DNA of 64,000 nt, from contig NC_068989.1 of NCBI RefSeq assembly GCF_001194135.2, positions 75,150,065 to 75,214,064 on the forward strand, in the 5' to 3' direction. Origin of the DNA: Octopus bimaculoides. Its lineage: Eukaryota. Below the pieces are notes generated by a model that searched no databases, had not been told where the DNA came from, and saw nothing but the letters and a program-made list of their open reading frames with translations. Shown here in pieces: positions 48,481 to 62,590 of this stretch. The translations under genes were made by a program, and so were the position numbers. The stretch's first letter is position 1, and each line of letters begins with the position of its first letter.

Positions 48481-51400
48481 TTGCAGCAATAATGTTTTGG
48501 ACCAACCAGGGTATTTGTACTAAAATTGAGGGCAATGCTGATATTACTCCTTTCGCAAGAGGTTCAGAGAATCATAAACAGCAGAATAATTATACAAGAT
48601 GCATAGAGAAAGGAAAACTCATTAAGCAGGTAAGCTAGTGGGGGACAAATTTAGTTTAGAGGTTTTTTTCTTACCTATAAGGTGAACGTCTTGAGTTTCA
48701 CTCTGAAGGTCAAGACATTATATGTGAGGAGTGAGGTCTTATTTCATTTCAGTATGCAGTTTGTGTTTTGCTTGGTTGCACATTGCACTGTCTAATTGAA
48801 AAGAGCAGAGTGTGTATAATTTTTACTGGGAAAACAATAGAAATACATTAGTGACTAAATAGTGTTTTCTATTTATGTACAATACTATGTGTGTAGCAGA
48901 GATGTGACTGTAAAACAAGAATTTGGAATTGTTTTGGGCACTAGCTCACTGGGAATTTAGCAATCACTCTATGGTACTCACCACTCAGCATCATTGCCCT
49001 AAATATTGATTTCTGACATTGACACAAGCCACAATTATGTAGGATGATTAGTACAATAAATTGAATTGATTACGATTATTGTATTGGTACTTATTTATTG
49101 ATCAAAGATAGATGAAAGACAAAGTTGGTTCTCGTGGGAATTTTAGAAACTAATTAAAATCTGTAAAGGGCATTTTGTTCTTTCTGCCATACTACCACCT
49201 TTGATTATGTTAATTATCAAATTGAACAGTGCAAAGCAGGTGAGCTAAAGGACATAGGAATATTCACTATGGCTTATTTTTAAAATGTCTGTATTAGACT
49301 ACACTGGAGCTTAGATATTTTCTACTTTCATACTATCACTTATGATCTATTGTTTTATTCCTGTAAGAGATAATTACTTAGATAATGCTTGAGTGAATTG
49401 CATAATATTTAACATGGGCTATTTGAATTCATAGCTTATAGTAATAATCCTTTTGTGATTTATTTCTGTACGGTTCAAACCAAACAAGATTATGAATTAA
49501 ACAGCAGGTCAATAATGAGTGGCTTTTTTTCTTTATTTATTCAGAATCACCTCATGCAAAGCTTGTAGGATACTTTTAAGGAAAAAGCAGTATGGCATTA
49601 ATGCCACAAAAATCTCTATATGCATTAATATTCAAGATACCAAAGACAAAATAGCTATAAAATAAGGGATGTAAAAAGTATTTAGAATGAGAAGATAATG
49701 AAAGAACTGATGAGAAAAGATAATGATGGCAATAAAATATACTGTAAATGAGATGATAATCAAGGAGCTAATGAAATGAGATTGTCATAATAGAAGAGAT
49801 AAAAATATTATATTGAAGGAAACTGCCAACATTAGGCAATATACTTGTTAATCCTGGATTTTAAAAGATCAAGGTTGTGATCTGCAGGAAAACAATGGAG
49901 AAAGAATTTATTCTACAGTTCAGTTGTTGTTGAGTGAATTTGTGTATGAAACATGCAGCATGTCTGTGAGATACTTTGGAAACCTGATGTGATTCCCTGA
50001 CTTTGGCAAACTGAACTCTGATAGTAAATTCCTACAATGGTGAGATTAGGGAATTATAGACATTTAACCCTCGAGCATTTAAACCAGCCATACCTGGCCC
50101 AAATATTCTGTTTTAGGTTCAAATTGATCTGGTCTCTTATACCTCCACAATGTCATTCTAAAAATGATGAATGATAAAGACACTGACAACTTACATCAGT
50201 TTTCCAACCTGGTATTTCTCTGCCATCCTGTGAGGGACAATGAGAGCCTTTGCCATCATTTTTGGTGTTGCTAGGCTTCAAAGAACTCAATGGTTTTGGG
50301 TTTGTTGATTTAACAGCTGTGATTGGACTTAGCGGTAGCATGTTACTGTAAGCAAAGGACTGAATATACCTTGTGTCTTATATTCTTTAATATGATGCTG
50401 TTGGTTCTGGGTTCGGTCCCACTGCGTGGCACCTTGGGCAAGTGTCTTCTACTATAGCCTCGGGCTGACCAAAGCCTTATGAGTGGATTTGGTAGATGGA
50501 AACTGAAAAGAAGCCTGTCATATATTTGTCTATATGTGTGTGTGTGTTTGTCCCCCCAACATCGCTTGACAACCGATGCTGGTGTGTTTACGTCCCACTA
50601 ACTTAGCAGTTCGGCAAAAGAGACCGATAGAATAAGTACTTGGTTTACAAAAAAATAAGTCCTGGGTTCGGTTTGCTCTACTAAAGGCAGTGCTCCAGCA
50701 TGGCCGCAGTCAGATGACTGAAACGAGTAAAAGAGTAAAAGAGACCATACAGGTATTTAGGTACCATAGAAATCTTCAACTTGTATTTAATGTATTTAAT
50801 GCAAGTCAGCTACGCTTAGCCTTTTCGCTTCCTAAATTATAACCGTGGTTGCATTTGAACTCGGTGCCATAAGCTAGCAAGACACTTAACATTTATTTCT
50901 ACAGCAGTGAGCTTTACCTATACATCATTACTGTTTACAGCTAGGTGACCTAGGTGACATGTTGCAACTGTTTGGCATGTTACAGTGTTGGTAACATAAT
51001 ATAACTCACTGATTGTTCAGCCAGAGGTTGATACATATCTGCGGAGTTAATTTAAGTGTTTTGTGTCAAAGATTGTTAGATAATTGACTACTTTTTAATG
51101 ATTTTTTTTTTTGAGTATTGATTGGTGGTTGGTTTAAGTTTTCCTTTCTCTTAGGTGCAGGTGTGGCCGTGGGATTAAGAAGTTTGCTTCATAACCACAT
51201 GGGTTCCACTTTAACCACAGGGCAACCAAAGTCTTGTGAGTGGATTTAGTAGACATAAACTGAAAGAAGCTGTGTGTGTCTGTGTCCCTTGCCTCCCATC
51301 ACATGATTGTTGTAAATGAATGTCCTTTGTTTCTAATATTCCATGGTAATCTGTTTGATTATAGTACTTTGCTTAGAAACAAGTTGGTAATAGGAAGGGC

Positions 51401-51521
51401 AATTAACCATAGAAAATCTATCTCATTAAACTGTCTGACCGATGCAAGTTTGGAAAAGTGGACATCAAAATGATGATGATTCTTCTTTTTAAATTGGATT
51501 CAATTATAATTAGAGTACTAG

Positions 51522-51767
51522 ATTATAATTCATCATCATCCTCATCGTTTAACATCTGCTTTCCATGCTGGCATGGGTTGGATAGTTTGACATGGAGCTG
51601 TTGTCTGTTGTAGCATGGTTTCTCCAGCTGGATGCCCTTCCTAACTGTAGAAATCGTGCCACAGCTGGAGTCTGAACAGCTCCCTGCTAGCCAGCTCCAT
51701 GTTAAACTATCTAACCCATGCCAGCATGGAAAGTGGACATTAAACAATGATGTTGATTAATTATAAT
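51522..51767. repeat. Inverted repeat of RTE-tail ends (arms ~78 bp, spacer ~90 bp)
   Basis: 51522-51600 is the reverse complement of 51692-51767. Confidence 0.88.
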
Positions 51768-52190
51768 TATAAAAGTGGATGTTAAATGTTGATTATGATG
51801 AATTACAATTACCATTATGATTATTATTATAATTATAAATCAAAAATTAAGGCACTGAATCTGAAATTAACTAAATCTTAACAAGGCAGAAACACTTGAT
51901 GTGTTTAAGATGGAGTGATGGTGGTGGTGGTGATGGGGTAGGGGAGAGAACATAGAACAGTTTGACAACCATACTTTTTTTTTCTTGCTGAAAACAATAG
52001 CAAAATAAACAAAAAAAAAAAAAGGAGTTTGTTTCAGTCGGGACTTATGAGTAGCATATAGAGGAACGACTCAACTCACTTGGGACTTAGTTGTTTTCAG
52101 TGGCATTTGTTACATCACCTTGAGTTTTATCATTCATTTTAGGTCAGATTAATTACTCGAAGTTATGTACTTTACACTGATTAGCTAGAC

Positions 52191-52569
52191 CAGTGGTTCT
52201 CTACTGGGGCCCATATATCCGTTGGGGATCCATATAAGATTTTGTTGTTAAAATTTCTCGGCAATGAATTGATTATACTTCTGCTATACACAAAATATTT
52301 TACTAATTTCTTAAATACATCATCATCATCATTGTTTAACGTCCGCTTTCCATGCTAGCATGGGTTGGACTATTTGACTGAGGACTGGCAAGCCAGAGGG
52401 CTGCACCAGGCTCCAATCTGATCTGGCAGAGTTTTTAAATACAATTTCTAATATTAAATTATGGAAATATAAATATGATTTTCTTAAACATCAAATGGCT
52501 AGGAGGACCCATCCAAGTAAAATAAGAGCCAAAGGGGTCCTTAGGTAAAAAAATGGTTGTGAAACATTG
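52191..52569. mobile_element. hAT (Charlie-like) MITE with a nested RTE tail
   Basis: TIRs CAGTGGTTCTCTAC / GTTGTGAAACATTG; 8-bp TSD AGCTAGAC (52183-52190) / AGCTAGAT (52570-52577). Confidence 0.75.
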
Positions 52570-52735
52570 AGCTAGATGATAACCGTTTTACTTCATTATT
52601 GAGTATTTTGCTCTATACAAGCAGCTACATGTAGTTTGACTTACTGTGAAACCATTGACTAAATAGATTGAAAATCTTCAGCTTTAGTTACCTGGAAGCT
52701 AAACAGTTAAGACCCTCTCCCACCAGCAAACAATA

Positions 52736-53161
52736 TACCGTAAATCCTTGAGTATAGTCTGCCCTTGAGTATAATACGCAGGGGATTTTTAGTGGGCCGT
52801 ACCTCTGAAAAACCTAAACCTTGTGTATAATACGCACCCCTTCTCTAACTTGAGTCAAGGAGGTCTATATAAAGTCCTTGGTTTGTAAACGTATGTACGG
52901 TAACGTCCTTTATTATTATTGTATATATAACATAATGCAAGCATGTAGCTTTTTTTGTGCACTTTGCAGAAAATAAAGAAATAACAGTAATAACGTCAGT
53001 GAAAAATAAATATTAAGTAAATTGCCTTTACATATTTATCACTTAGAAAATTTTGCTTAGAAAATATTTTTCATTTTTAACCTTGTATATAGTACGCACT
53101 AGAAATTTTAACCTTTAAATTTTGGGGGGAAAGTGCGGATTATACTCGAGGATTTACGGTA
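52736..53161. mobile_element. Tc1/mariner superfamily MITE (Tc2/pogo-like)
   Basis: TA|CCGTAAATCCTTGAGTATAGTCTGC..GCGGATTATACTCGAGGATTTACGG|TA: long TIRs with TA target sites. Confidence 0.8.
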
Positions 53162-56100
53162 TAGTTATTGGACTGCCTAAATTGGATCTTGTCCAGTGAG
53201 AATGAATGAACACAATGCTGTGCTATAGTTGTATTAGTCATCATCACCAATGTCATTTTCATGTTCACTTTTCCATGCTCACATAAGGAGGAAATGCATT
53301 GAAGCAGATTTTCTTTGGGCAGATGCCTTTCCTATTGCTCATCTTCACCTGTTTCCAAATAAGGTAATATTTTCCCATGATCAAACATTTTCATGAAAGA
53401 TTGGAAAATGAAGGACACTGCTTGTATGCATGTGACACTTGTTTACAGCTGTCTTTCAATGTTAGGACAAGTAAACAGTAAAACACACATACACATATAT
53501 GATGGGCTTCTTTCAGCTTCTGTCTATAAGATTCCTTCACAAGGTTTTAATCAGCCTCATGCCTATAGTAGAAGACACTTGCCTGAGGTTCTACGCAGTT
53601 GTACTGAACTTGAAACCATGTGATTGGGATGCAAATGTCTTGACCCCACATTTATACCATGCTTTATTATCATCATCATCATCGTCGTTTAACGTCCGCT
53701 TTCCATGCTAGCATGGGTTGGACGATTTGACTGAGGACTGGTGAACCAAGTGGTTACACCAGGCTCCAATCTGATTTGGCATAGTTTCTACAGCTGGATG
53801 CCCTTCCTAATGCCAACCACTCCGAGAGTGTAGCTTTAATATTGTTAAAATTGTTTGTGTACAAGGCCTGCAGAGTAAGAGTTATGCCTCTGACAAGTTG
53901 AAACCAGTTTTAATTCTCTGTTAATGTAGGTCCATTTCACTAACATTGCTAATGTCCTTGGAAAAGACAAGAACATAAGTTCCTAATTTCCCCTTCTTTA
54001 AAATATAAGGATTAAGAACCAGTGGTCAAAATGAAACAAATCATAAAGCATTTATTTGTACTCAATTCCCAGCAACACATGTCTATTGATAGTTTCTCTG
54101 AACCTATATTTGCTTAGAATGATTTTTTTTTTTTAATTCAATAATTTTTATGCAGCTTCTAACAGTCGCTAGGTTGTTTTGTATAGTTGGCACTCATGTT
54201 GTTGATCATTGAAAATGACGAAAATCCACGCTAGATTAGCCAGAAACTGATTAAATATGCATGGTGTTTCAAACTTCACAACCTGTTGGGATCAGCTTTA
54301 ATTTTTTCTTGTTATACTTTCTCAGGTCAATATAAAACGCATATACCATCAATATACGAGATATCGACTCAAAGCGATATACACTCACCTTGAAAAAGAG
54401 AAATAGCTTTTTTGCTTTGCTTTGTTAAGAGGAATCAATATTATGGTTAAGTTTCCAATATATAACTAACACAAGCAACTACATGCTGTATCTCTTGTGA
54501 TTATTTTTCTTCTATTGTTATTTGAGTGTGCAAATGTGTGCAAGCATATGCAACATGTACTCCCAAACAATGAATTTGTGTCTCCAATACATTACAATTA
54601 AATTGTTTAAATATTTAAAATAAGTATTTGTTTGTTTTTGTTGGCTATTTTCTATGTTCTGTTGCTTAATACTAGCCTCAAATGGTTTTTAAAAATTATT
54701 TGTTTGGTGGGGTATCAGGTGTTGTTATAAATTAGGTCAGCACCTCAAATTGTGTGTGTGTGTGTGTGTGTGATCTTTAGGGAGCTTGCTGGCTCTTTAT
54801 AAGTAAGTGCTTCCTTGTGGGATAATTAGATATACTTATGAGGGGAAGAAAGTGGTGGAAAAGAATCCAACTTGTGTGAACAGTGAAATTTTCCAAATTC
54901 TTATTCATTTGTATCCATCATCTATTGTGAATATGTATTACTACTTGAAAATGTGTGTAGTTTGGTCATCCTTAAGTATTCATGTTAAATATATTTATTA
55001 TTATTGTAAAATATATATGAACATTTATATTTTGTAAATGTTTGTATATGAGTATATATTTATTTGTAAAATAAAAACATTTAGTAAATGTAAATATGTT
55101 AATTAAAATATATTCAATAATTATATAATGCTTCTGCAGTACAAATACTAAAATTAGAACTACAGAAAATTTAGCATAACTCTTGTGTAAGGACGACAAA
55201 TTTGTGCTGCAGCATGGCCACAACTTGTAGGCTGAAACAAGTACAAGAGTATTTGCTCTTTAAAAAGAAGAAAATAACAAAATCTGTGGTTTGAGAATTC
55301 AGATTTTATTGTTTTGGAACAGTGCTTGCCTAAACTGTTTTTGGGCTTGCAGAGCCCACATCTTCTGTGTGATTGGGGCAAAACCTTTTTTCTTGATTCT
55401 TCTGTTTGTTTGAAATATGCTTGACTTAAGAAGCCATGTTCTCCATGATTTAAGGATGGAGATTTAGCTATGAAAGGGAAACCCAATGGCAGCCTTAAGG
55501 CTTTTGTGATTAAAGGTTGTCTTCGTGACGTGCATGAGCCGTTTTCATGACAAGCCAAACCCATGACTGTCACTAGAAGTGGCAAGGTATGGGTTTGTAG
55601 ATGGAAGGAGCTTACCATAATAGTCTGATGCAGCTGAAAGTGAAGTTGTCTCCAAGGACTCCTTTAACTACCAAGGAGTTTATCGTTATGGACAGATGGG
55701 GACTTGGCCTAAGTCAGTGGAGTTGCTTTTGCTGTAGTTTGTAGGATTCTGTGTGATTAAGACAAAATTGTTTTATATTGTTGAGTTTGTTTGGTCACCT
55801 TCACTAGAGTCAGGAAATCATGTTTTGATATTGTAAGGAGATTTAGCTACCACAGAGTTCACAGAGAGTAAAGATTGTCTCCCTGCTATGTAAGTAGAAG
55901 AAGCTTACATTGGCTGTCTAAGGCTATGAGGAATTTGGATGTTTCCATACTGTCAAGAGTAGTGGAGGGATTAATATGGCAGATATGCATACCAACCAGT
56001 GATTCTGGATATATTTTCATCATTGTGCACAACCGTTGATAATTTTTACTTGTATAAATATTATTGTCTGCTAGTCTAGATTTAAATGGTGAATAAATGT

Positions 56101-59100
56101 TACATGTTAAACAAAGAAAAGCATGTAACTGCAGAGTGCATGTGTGTAGATGGTGAGGTGAGGTGTCCATGTTTGTTTGATAAGCCAGGGGATTATTATC
56201 TTGCTTGGAAATAGAATAAGGGTTGGCAGCAGGAAGAGCATTGGGCTATAGAAAAAGCTGTGTCTCAGTGAATTCCATTTGAGCCATGCATACTTGGAAT
56301 AGTGGGCATTAAAATGATGATGATGGTAGCTGTGATTTATGCTTAGTCTTTTGTTTCTAGACCCCCAAAGCTACAAAAATGAAACTAAAGGACAGAATAT
56401 AGGGTCCAATTTCACAGTGAGATTAAAAACACACATGTGCACACAATATTCCAGATGTTTTATTTGTACATTAAGGGAGTAAGCTGACAAAGTTGTAAAA
56501 TACCTTATTCTATTTGTTCTGGCTCTTTAAATTCTGAGTTCCAATCCCGCTGAGGTCAACATTGCCATTATTCCTCCAGTGTTGATAAAATACCAGTCAA
56601 GTACTGGAGTTGATGTAATTAACTAACCCTCTCCTCTCAAAATTTGCTTGCTTTGAACCTAAATTAGAAACCATTATACAATATTATGTTGCATTTAGCT
56701 GTGAAAACCTGTCTGAATATCACATTTCAAAGTTTGTGCTTTGTCATCTTGTGTGATTTTGTTGAATCTCATTCAGGTTAAATTATCAACTGCCCAAGAA
56801 ACTCACCTTGCAGTCCTATGGTTTTGGATTCAGTCCCACTGTACGGCACCTTAGGCAAGTGTCTTCCAGTATATCCTTGGGCCAATCAATGCCTCATGAG
56901 CGAATTTGGTAGATGCTATATTGAAGTCTGTCGTGTGTGTCCGTGTCCTGTTCGTCCATTGTACTGTGGGCGATTTGTTTGACTAACACCCTCCAAGGTG
57001 GTGCTCCAGCATAGCTGTAGTTTAATGACTTAAACAAGTAAAAAAAAAAAAAAAGGCATTTAGGTTTGTGGCTTGTCATCTTGTGTGATTTGTTAAATCC
57101 CATTCAGGTTAAGTGAACAACTGCTCTGAAGGCAATAACAATGTCATGATGAGGAATAACTCCTAGTCTTTTTGAAGTGATAGACCAGGTTATTATATCA
57201 TCATCATCATTGGGAAACATAGTGAGCAATTGCATAGGGGCTTTCCTCATTGCTTATTAATGTGGTACATCCAACAGAGCATACTGACTGAATTTGTAAT
57301 TCTCTAATCACCACATTTCTCCAATCTCTTCATTTACCGGATTACATACTCTCTCTCTCTCTCTCCCTCTCCCCCTTTCTCTTTCGCTCTCCAGCCAGTT
57401 TATCTTACTGAATGCAAAATTTCTTGTTGCCAAGAAACAACAGCCCTTCTAAAATATTTTTTAGTCACTCTCAAACCATAACCACTATGTTATTGATAGC
57501 AGCTCCTCAAATGAGAGTTACTTTACATAACAGAACATATATCTACTACTTCCTCCAGAGATCCATGTCACCTGTAAATGGCTGTCTTTGCTGATAATTA
57601 TACTTTTATATATATTTTTTTGTATCTGGTGCACCTGAAATTTTACATCTCTGACTGTTAGACATCCCTATGCAGTACACCTGTTGTTTTACTACTTATT
57701 GTTTGTAGTCATTATATGCACTATCAGATTTCTGTCAATAGCTATCCTACATTTCAAGCAACATGCTAGATGCAAGGTAGAATATGCCTGTGAATATGAA
57801 CATATTCACTCAAATCTATGGGATTATAAGCTTTTTAATCTTTGGGACTGACTGACTTTGAAAATAAAATAAAATAAAAATGAAGAATAAGTTTAAAAAC
57901 AGTTGCATGTAATTGAAATTTCCTGAAGCTTCAGCCTTTTAGATTAAAGCTAATGCTTTTCACTTCTCTAGGGAGAAAAAGCATTATTGTGTGTGTGTTC
58001 AGTTTCATAAATAGAATTAAAGAAAGCCACACACGTTGTGCATGCGTGTGTGTGTGTGTGAGTGAATGATAGTTTTCATTTGTGCTTCTCAGAAAATTGC
58101 TGAGCTGTGACTGGTGTCATGTTGTCATTTCAACAAAACATCTGTTGGCCCTGTGCTTTCAAAGATGTGTGGAATAAGAGATCTCTTCTTTGAAAAATAG
58201 GTAAGGGTTAGTAACAGGAAAGGCATTCAACTGTACAACAATGCTTCCGTAATACACATGGTAGCTTAGGAAAATATGAACAGGAACATGAAAATAAATG
58301 TATATATATATGTATATATATATAAATATCATTATGGATTTTCTTTTAATGTTCACTTTTCTGTGCTTGCAATGGATTTTATTGAAGCAGATTGTCTACA
58401 GTCAGATGCTCTTCTTGTTGCCAAACCTCGCAAGGTAATATTTTACCATAGCCAGACATGTTTTTTCCAGAATATTGGAAATGAATGACACTACTTGTAT
58501 GGCAGTGACACTCATTTACAACATCACATGATATCTAGACAAGGATGCATACATGCATGCATGCACAGAGAGAGAGAAAGAGAGAGTACTTGTTTCATAT
58601 ATTCTGCATACCAAATCCACTCACAAGTTTTTGGTCAGCCTAAGGCCATAATAGAAGACATTTGTCTTAGGTACCATACAGTGTAATGGAATCAAAACCA
58701 TGTTTGGGTGGGAAGCAAACTTCTTAACCACCAGCCACGTCTGTGCAAATTTATGTCATGGGCTTGATTCCGAGACTGGGTGTTGTGTCATGTTCTTGAG
58801 CAAAGCACTTCATTTCATGTTGCTCTGCGATCATTTTGTCATCTGACATGTGGCACGCGTTCCACACCTGTACAGGTAATGTCGATTTGATGAAGGGAGT
58901 GAGCTTATGTGTACACAAACATTTGGTCACTCTAAACAAACCATCTGTGAACCTTCATACGTCATCTAACGATGGGAGAGTCCATGATAATTACCACAAG
59001 AAATTAGTCTCATTGTTAGGTGCATCTCTTCAGGGACGCCACAATGAACATTGGTACAATAAAAGATAAGTGTGAGGAAATGTTATGGGGGATAATAGAG

Positions 59101-59289
59101 TGGAGGTGAATAGATACATAGGTACAAGCGGTCAAATGGAAGGAAACCTCATCCAAGTTCATGGGGCACAATTGTTCCAATTGGCATGGTTGCTTAAAAC
59201 TGGCTTGTATTTCTTAGGTTGAAGTTTAAAAAATTGAATTAGAGATTTAGCTTGTTTCTTAATTTGAATTTCAATGTTCTATTTTACAG

Positions 59290-59392
59290 ACGAGGAGGGT
59301 AATATGACTTGGCCAGATATACTGAAATTTCTCTTAGACTGCGCAAGCTCTGAAGATCCTCGGCTTAAAGAAAGTGCACTTCACATCTTCAG
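59290..59392 (+). CDS. IPO5: Importin-5 coding exon 4, (D)EEGNMTWPDILKFLLDCASSEDPRLKESALHIF
   Basis: ATTTTACAG| acceptor and AG|GTATTT donor; 103 nt, phase 1-2. The split codon G+AC gives Asp, in frame with exon 3. Resembles IPO5 [30 protein letters not shown]. Confidence 0.95.
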
Positions 59393-61685
59393 GTATTTTT
59401 ATTTTATTCTTTTATTTCTTTTAACCAACTTGTATTGATTTTCATCTTGGAGAGAAGATATTGCATTCACTTTTAATGCAAGTTTTGGAATGTCCTGGGC
59501 TGCATGCAACTGCAATTCAAATGGGGGTATTCTTGGGGCTTGAAAGATAGTAACTAAGCACTTTTCTGTACAAGAAACAAAGTTTAGCTTCATCGTAGTA
59601 ATAACTTTCTGCAGAAAGATCTTGTGTTTACAATATTGAGATATTGCCTGGAAATACCAGTCATGGCCATGTTGTCTTTCAAGATTTTGATGATGTGATT
59701 GTTTATTTCTAAAATGACATTGTAGTGTAGGTGTGAAAGACTGGTTCTGGCTGGTTTGAACATAAAATAGGTTGAATATTTTGGCTAGATATGGCTGGTT
59801 TAAATGCTGAAGGGTTAAAAGTGATAGGCTGTGATTTCAAGAGATTTGGCTACTATTTCTAGCAAGTCAAGCAGCTGTGTAGAGGCTTCCACACAGGCTC
59901 GGTTGTTTGTCTTCCTAGTCAGAATGAATATTATTTGGCTCTCAGCCCACCTGATTTGTACACAAGTAATTGGATGGTAGCTTTCCTGAAGTTTATTGTG
60001 CATGTTGTGAATTCATTTACCTTACACAATCCCGTTTATCTCTAAATTCATTGTATCACAGCAATTTTTCTGCTAAGTGTATACCAAACCCCTAAAAATT
60101 AATATCCTGTGATGAGTTTGGTTGACACTCCTTTCCACCTTCATAAAACACACCCACACACCTACTTGTTCTGAATGAAGTCTACCCATCCTACTGAACC
60201 ATGTGGAAATAAGAAAGGTGTGGTTGCTTGTGGTGTTGCTTGGTGACATCATAACAGACTTATTCCTGGCACAAACTATGTTATCTGCTGCACCAATGTA
60301 TCATATCAATCCTATTTTCATGGTGATATTTTCAATTTGGTTATATTACTTGAAGCTTTCTGCTAGATGAATCAAAGCCCGGTCTTTCACCAAATAATTA
60401 AATGGTTCTCCTGTATTTTCTTTTACCCAAAGCCAGGAACTTTTCAGCATCCCTTGTATAAGCTACCCAAATGCGTTAATTATGGAAGCAACTTGAGAGA
60501 TCTCTTCCTGGATGCTTAACCTTCTTTACATCATATTGGTTACAAATGTGAGTGTTAGTTCTACATGAATTAACCTCACCATAACATACAAAGCCATGCT
60601 CTGCTGAGGCACAATTCAAAAGACAAAAAACGAAAAAGATTCAATAAAAATGTATAAGCTATGATTGTAAGATTTTGAGTAGAGATAGGTATGATTAATT
60701 CCAAGACATTGGAGAACACCTCGAACATAAAAATACATCACTGAGATGCATATTTGGATATAATACTTCAACTCTCTTTTATCATATTTCTGTTGGAATA
60801 TAGGGTGTTTCTTTCAAATAATTTTTTTTAAATGAATATAGTAAAATAGCTTCATTTATTTCTTGTGGCACCAGCAGTAGTGAAGATTGCCTCAAAGTTA
60901 AAGACCTAAAGTGGTCCCTACAACTGAAGGCAAACAGGAGGGAGTGTGGACAATGACTCAAGATGGAAAGATAAAAGATGGTGTAAGGGGGGGAGGGATT
61001 GAGAATTGAAAATTGAAAGGTTGGGGGATTGTGTTAGTGGGAGGGGTAGGGTTATAAATTTAGCTTAGAGCTTCTTATATTGTTTTTTTTTTTTGTTTTC
61101 TTTAAAAGATGTTTGTAATTTGGTCTTGTGACTAAACATTTATTTCTGAATACCTATTCACTCTCCACACCCAATATGAAATTTCAGATCATTCTTACAT
61201 CTGATTTGTTGCCTGTTTTGCTCGGGGAAGTAATTACCTAATTTGTTATTTAACGCCAACTGCATTTGGCATTTTCTGGTACATTTGTTCTCTAATCCTA
61301 CAGGACAAATTCTGTGGAATAGTGATGAAATGAGATTCTACTCAAGAAGTGTCTTTGACCAGGTTTCCATTCCAGTTTGCTGTTTTATTTACGTCTTGAG
61401 ACCACTGAATGTTGTTGTAGTTAGTGAGCTGAAAAGAGAATATTTCAGCCAGTGAGACATTTGCTCTCCACTTACTGAATGAAATTGAAATCCTCACTTG
61501 CGTCCCAGTGACCTAACAGGTCACTACACATAGCTATATGAATGAATCATATACAAGCAAGCATTGAAGGTTTATTGTACTTCTGTGAAGATTATACAAG
61601 CCTATCTAATTAACTTAGACTAGTGTGGATCTCTGTTGCTTGTGTGTGCTAAAACACACATATGCACACACACCTATTTTAGATA

Positions 61686-61716
<31 letters not shown>

Positions 61717-62245
61717 AAGAAAGAGACTATGCACATACACACATTGAAAATATGTTTTATTTCTCATGCATATCTATATTTGAGTGTATGTTGTACAGAT
61801 TTGTTCGATTGGCATCTTTTGTTGAACTATGGTTATGCCGGGGCATTGCCTTTAAGAGCGTAGTCTTTTACATGTTTCAGTTTGGTATATATTTCATCCC
61901 ACCCCAAATTAAAATGATAAACACACACACACACTGTCTCCACCTACAAAATCCCACTCAAAAGATATTGGCGAACAAGAGGTTACAAAGTAAAAAGGAC
62001 TTTTCTAGGGAGCTGTTCAGTGGTATTTATTTCACATGGTGCCTGAGAAGCAAATTTGATGGAACGCTTATTTTTATCCTTTGTTTCAGTCATTGAATTA
62101 CGGCCATGCTGGAGCACCGCTTTGAAGGTTTTAGTTGAACAAACCACACCCTGTAGTTATTCTGTCAATCTCTTTTGCTAAACTGCGAAGTTGCAAGGAA
62201 GTAAACTGAACTCATGTAGGCCATCAAGGGGTGGTAGGACGAGGA

Positions 62246-62348
<103 letters not shown>

Positions 62349-62522
62349 CTCTACCTTTTAATTTCTGTCTACCAAATCCATTTACAAGGATTTGGTTGGT
62401 CTGGGGCTATAGCGAAAACACCTGTCTGAGGTGCCATGCAGTGGGACTGAACTGAAGGCTACATGTTTGGGAAGCAGGCTTCTTAGCCATGCAGCCATGC
62501 CTACACTTATATATACATATGT

Positions 62523-62590
62523 ATGTGGTCTAGTGGTTAGGATTCCTGGCTTTCACCCAGGCGACCCGGGTTTGATTCCCGGCATGGGAA
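62523..62590 (+). pseudogene. tRNA-Glu(TTC) pseudogene / SINE head
   Basis: D arm, anticodon arm CCTGG-CT[TTC]AC-CCAGG, T arm CCGGG-TTTGATT-CCCGG and 3' acceptor strand CATGGGA+A. Positions 1-4 are missing and C56 is changed to T. Confidence 0.88.

Larger units (their letters stand above)
42945..59289 (+). other. IPO5: IPO5 intron 3 (16,345 bp)
   Basis: GTAAGA..TTACAG, phase 1. Confidence 0.92.

Noticed and set aside
62523-62590. Functional tRNA-Glu gene
   Set aside because: The acceptor stem 5' strand is incomplete, invariant C56 is mutated, and there is no terminator.
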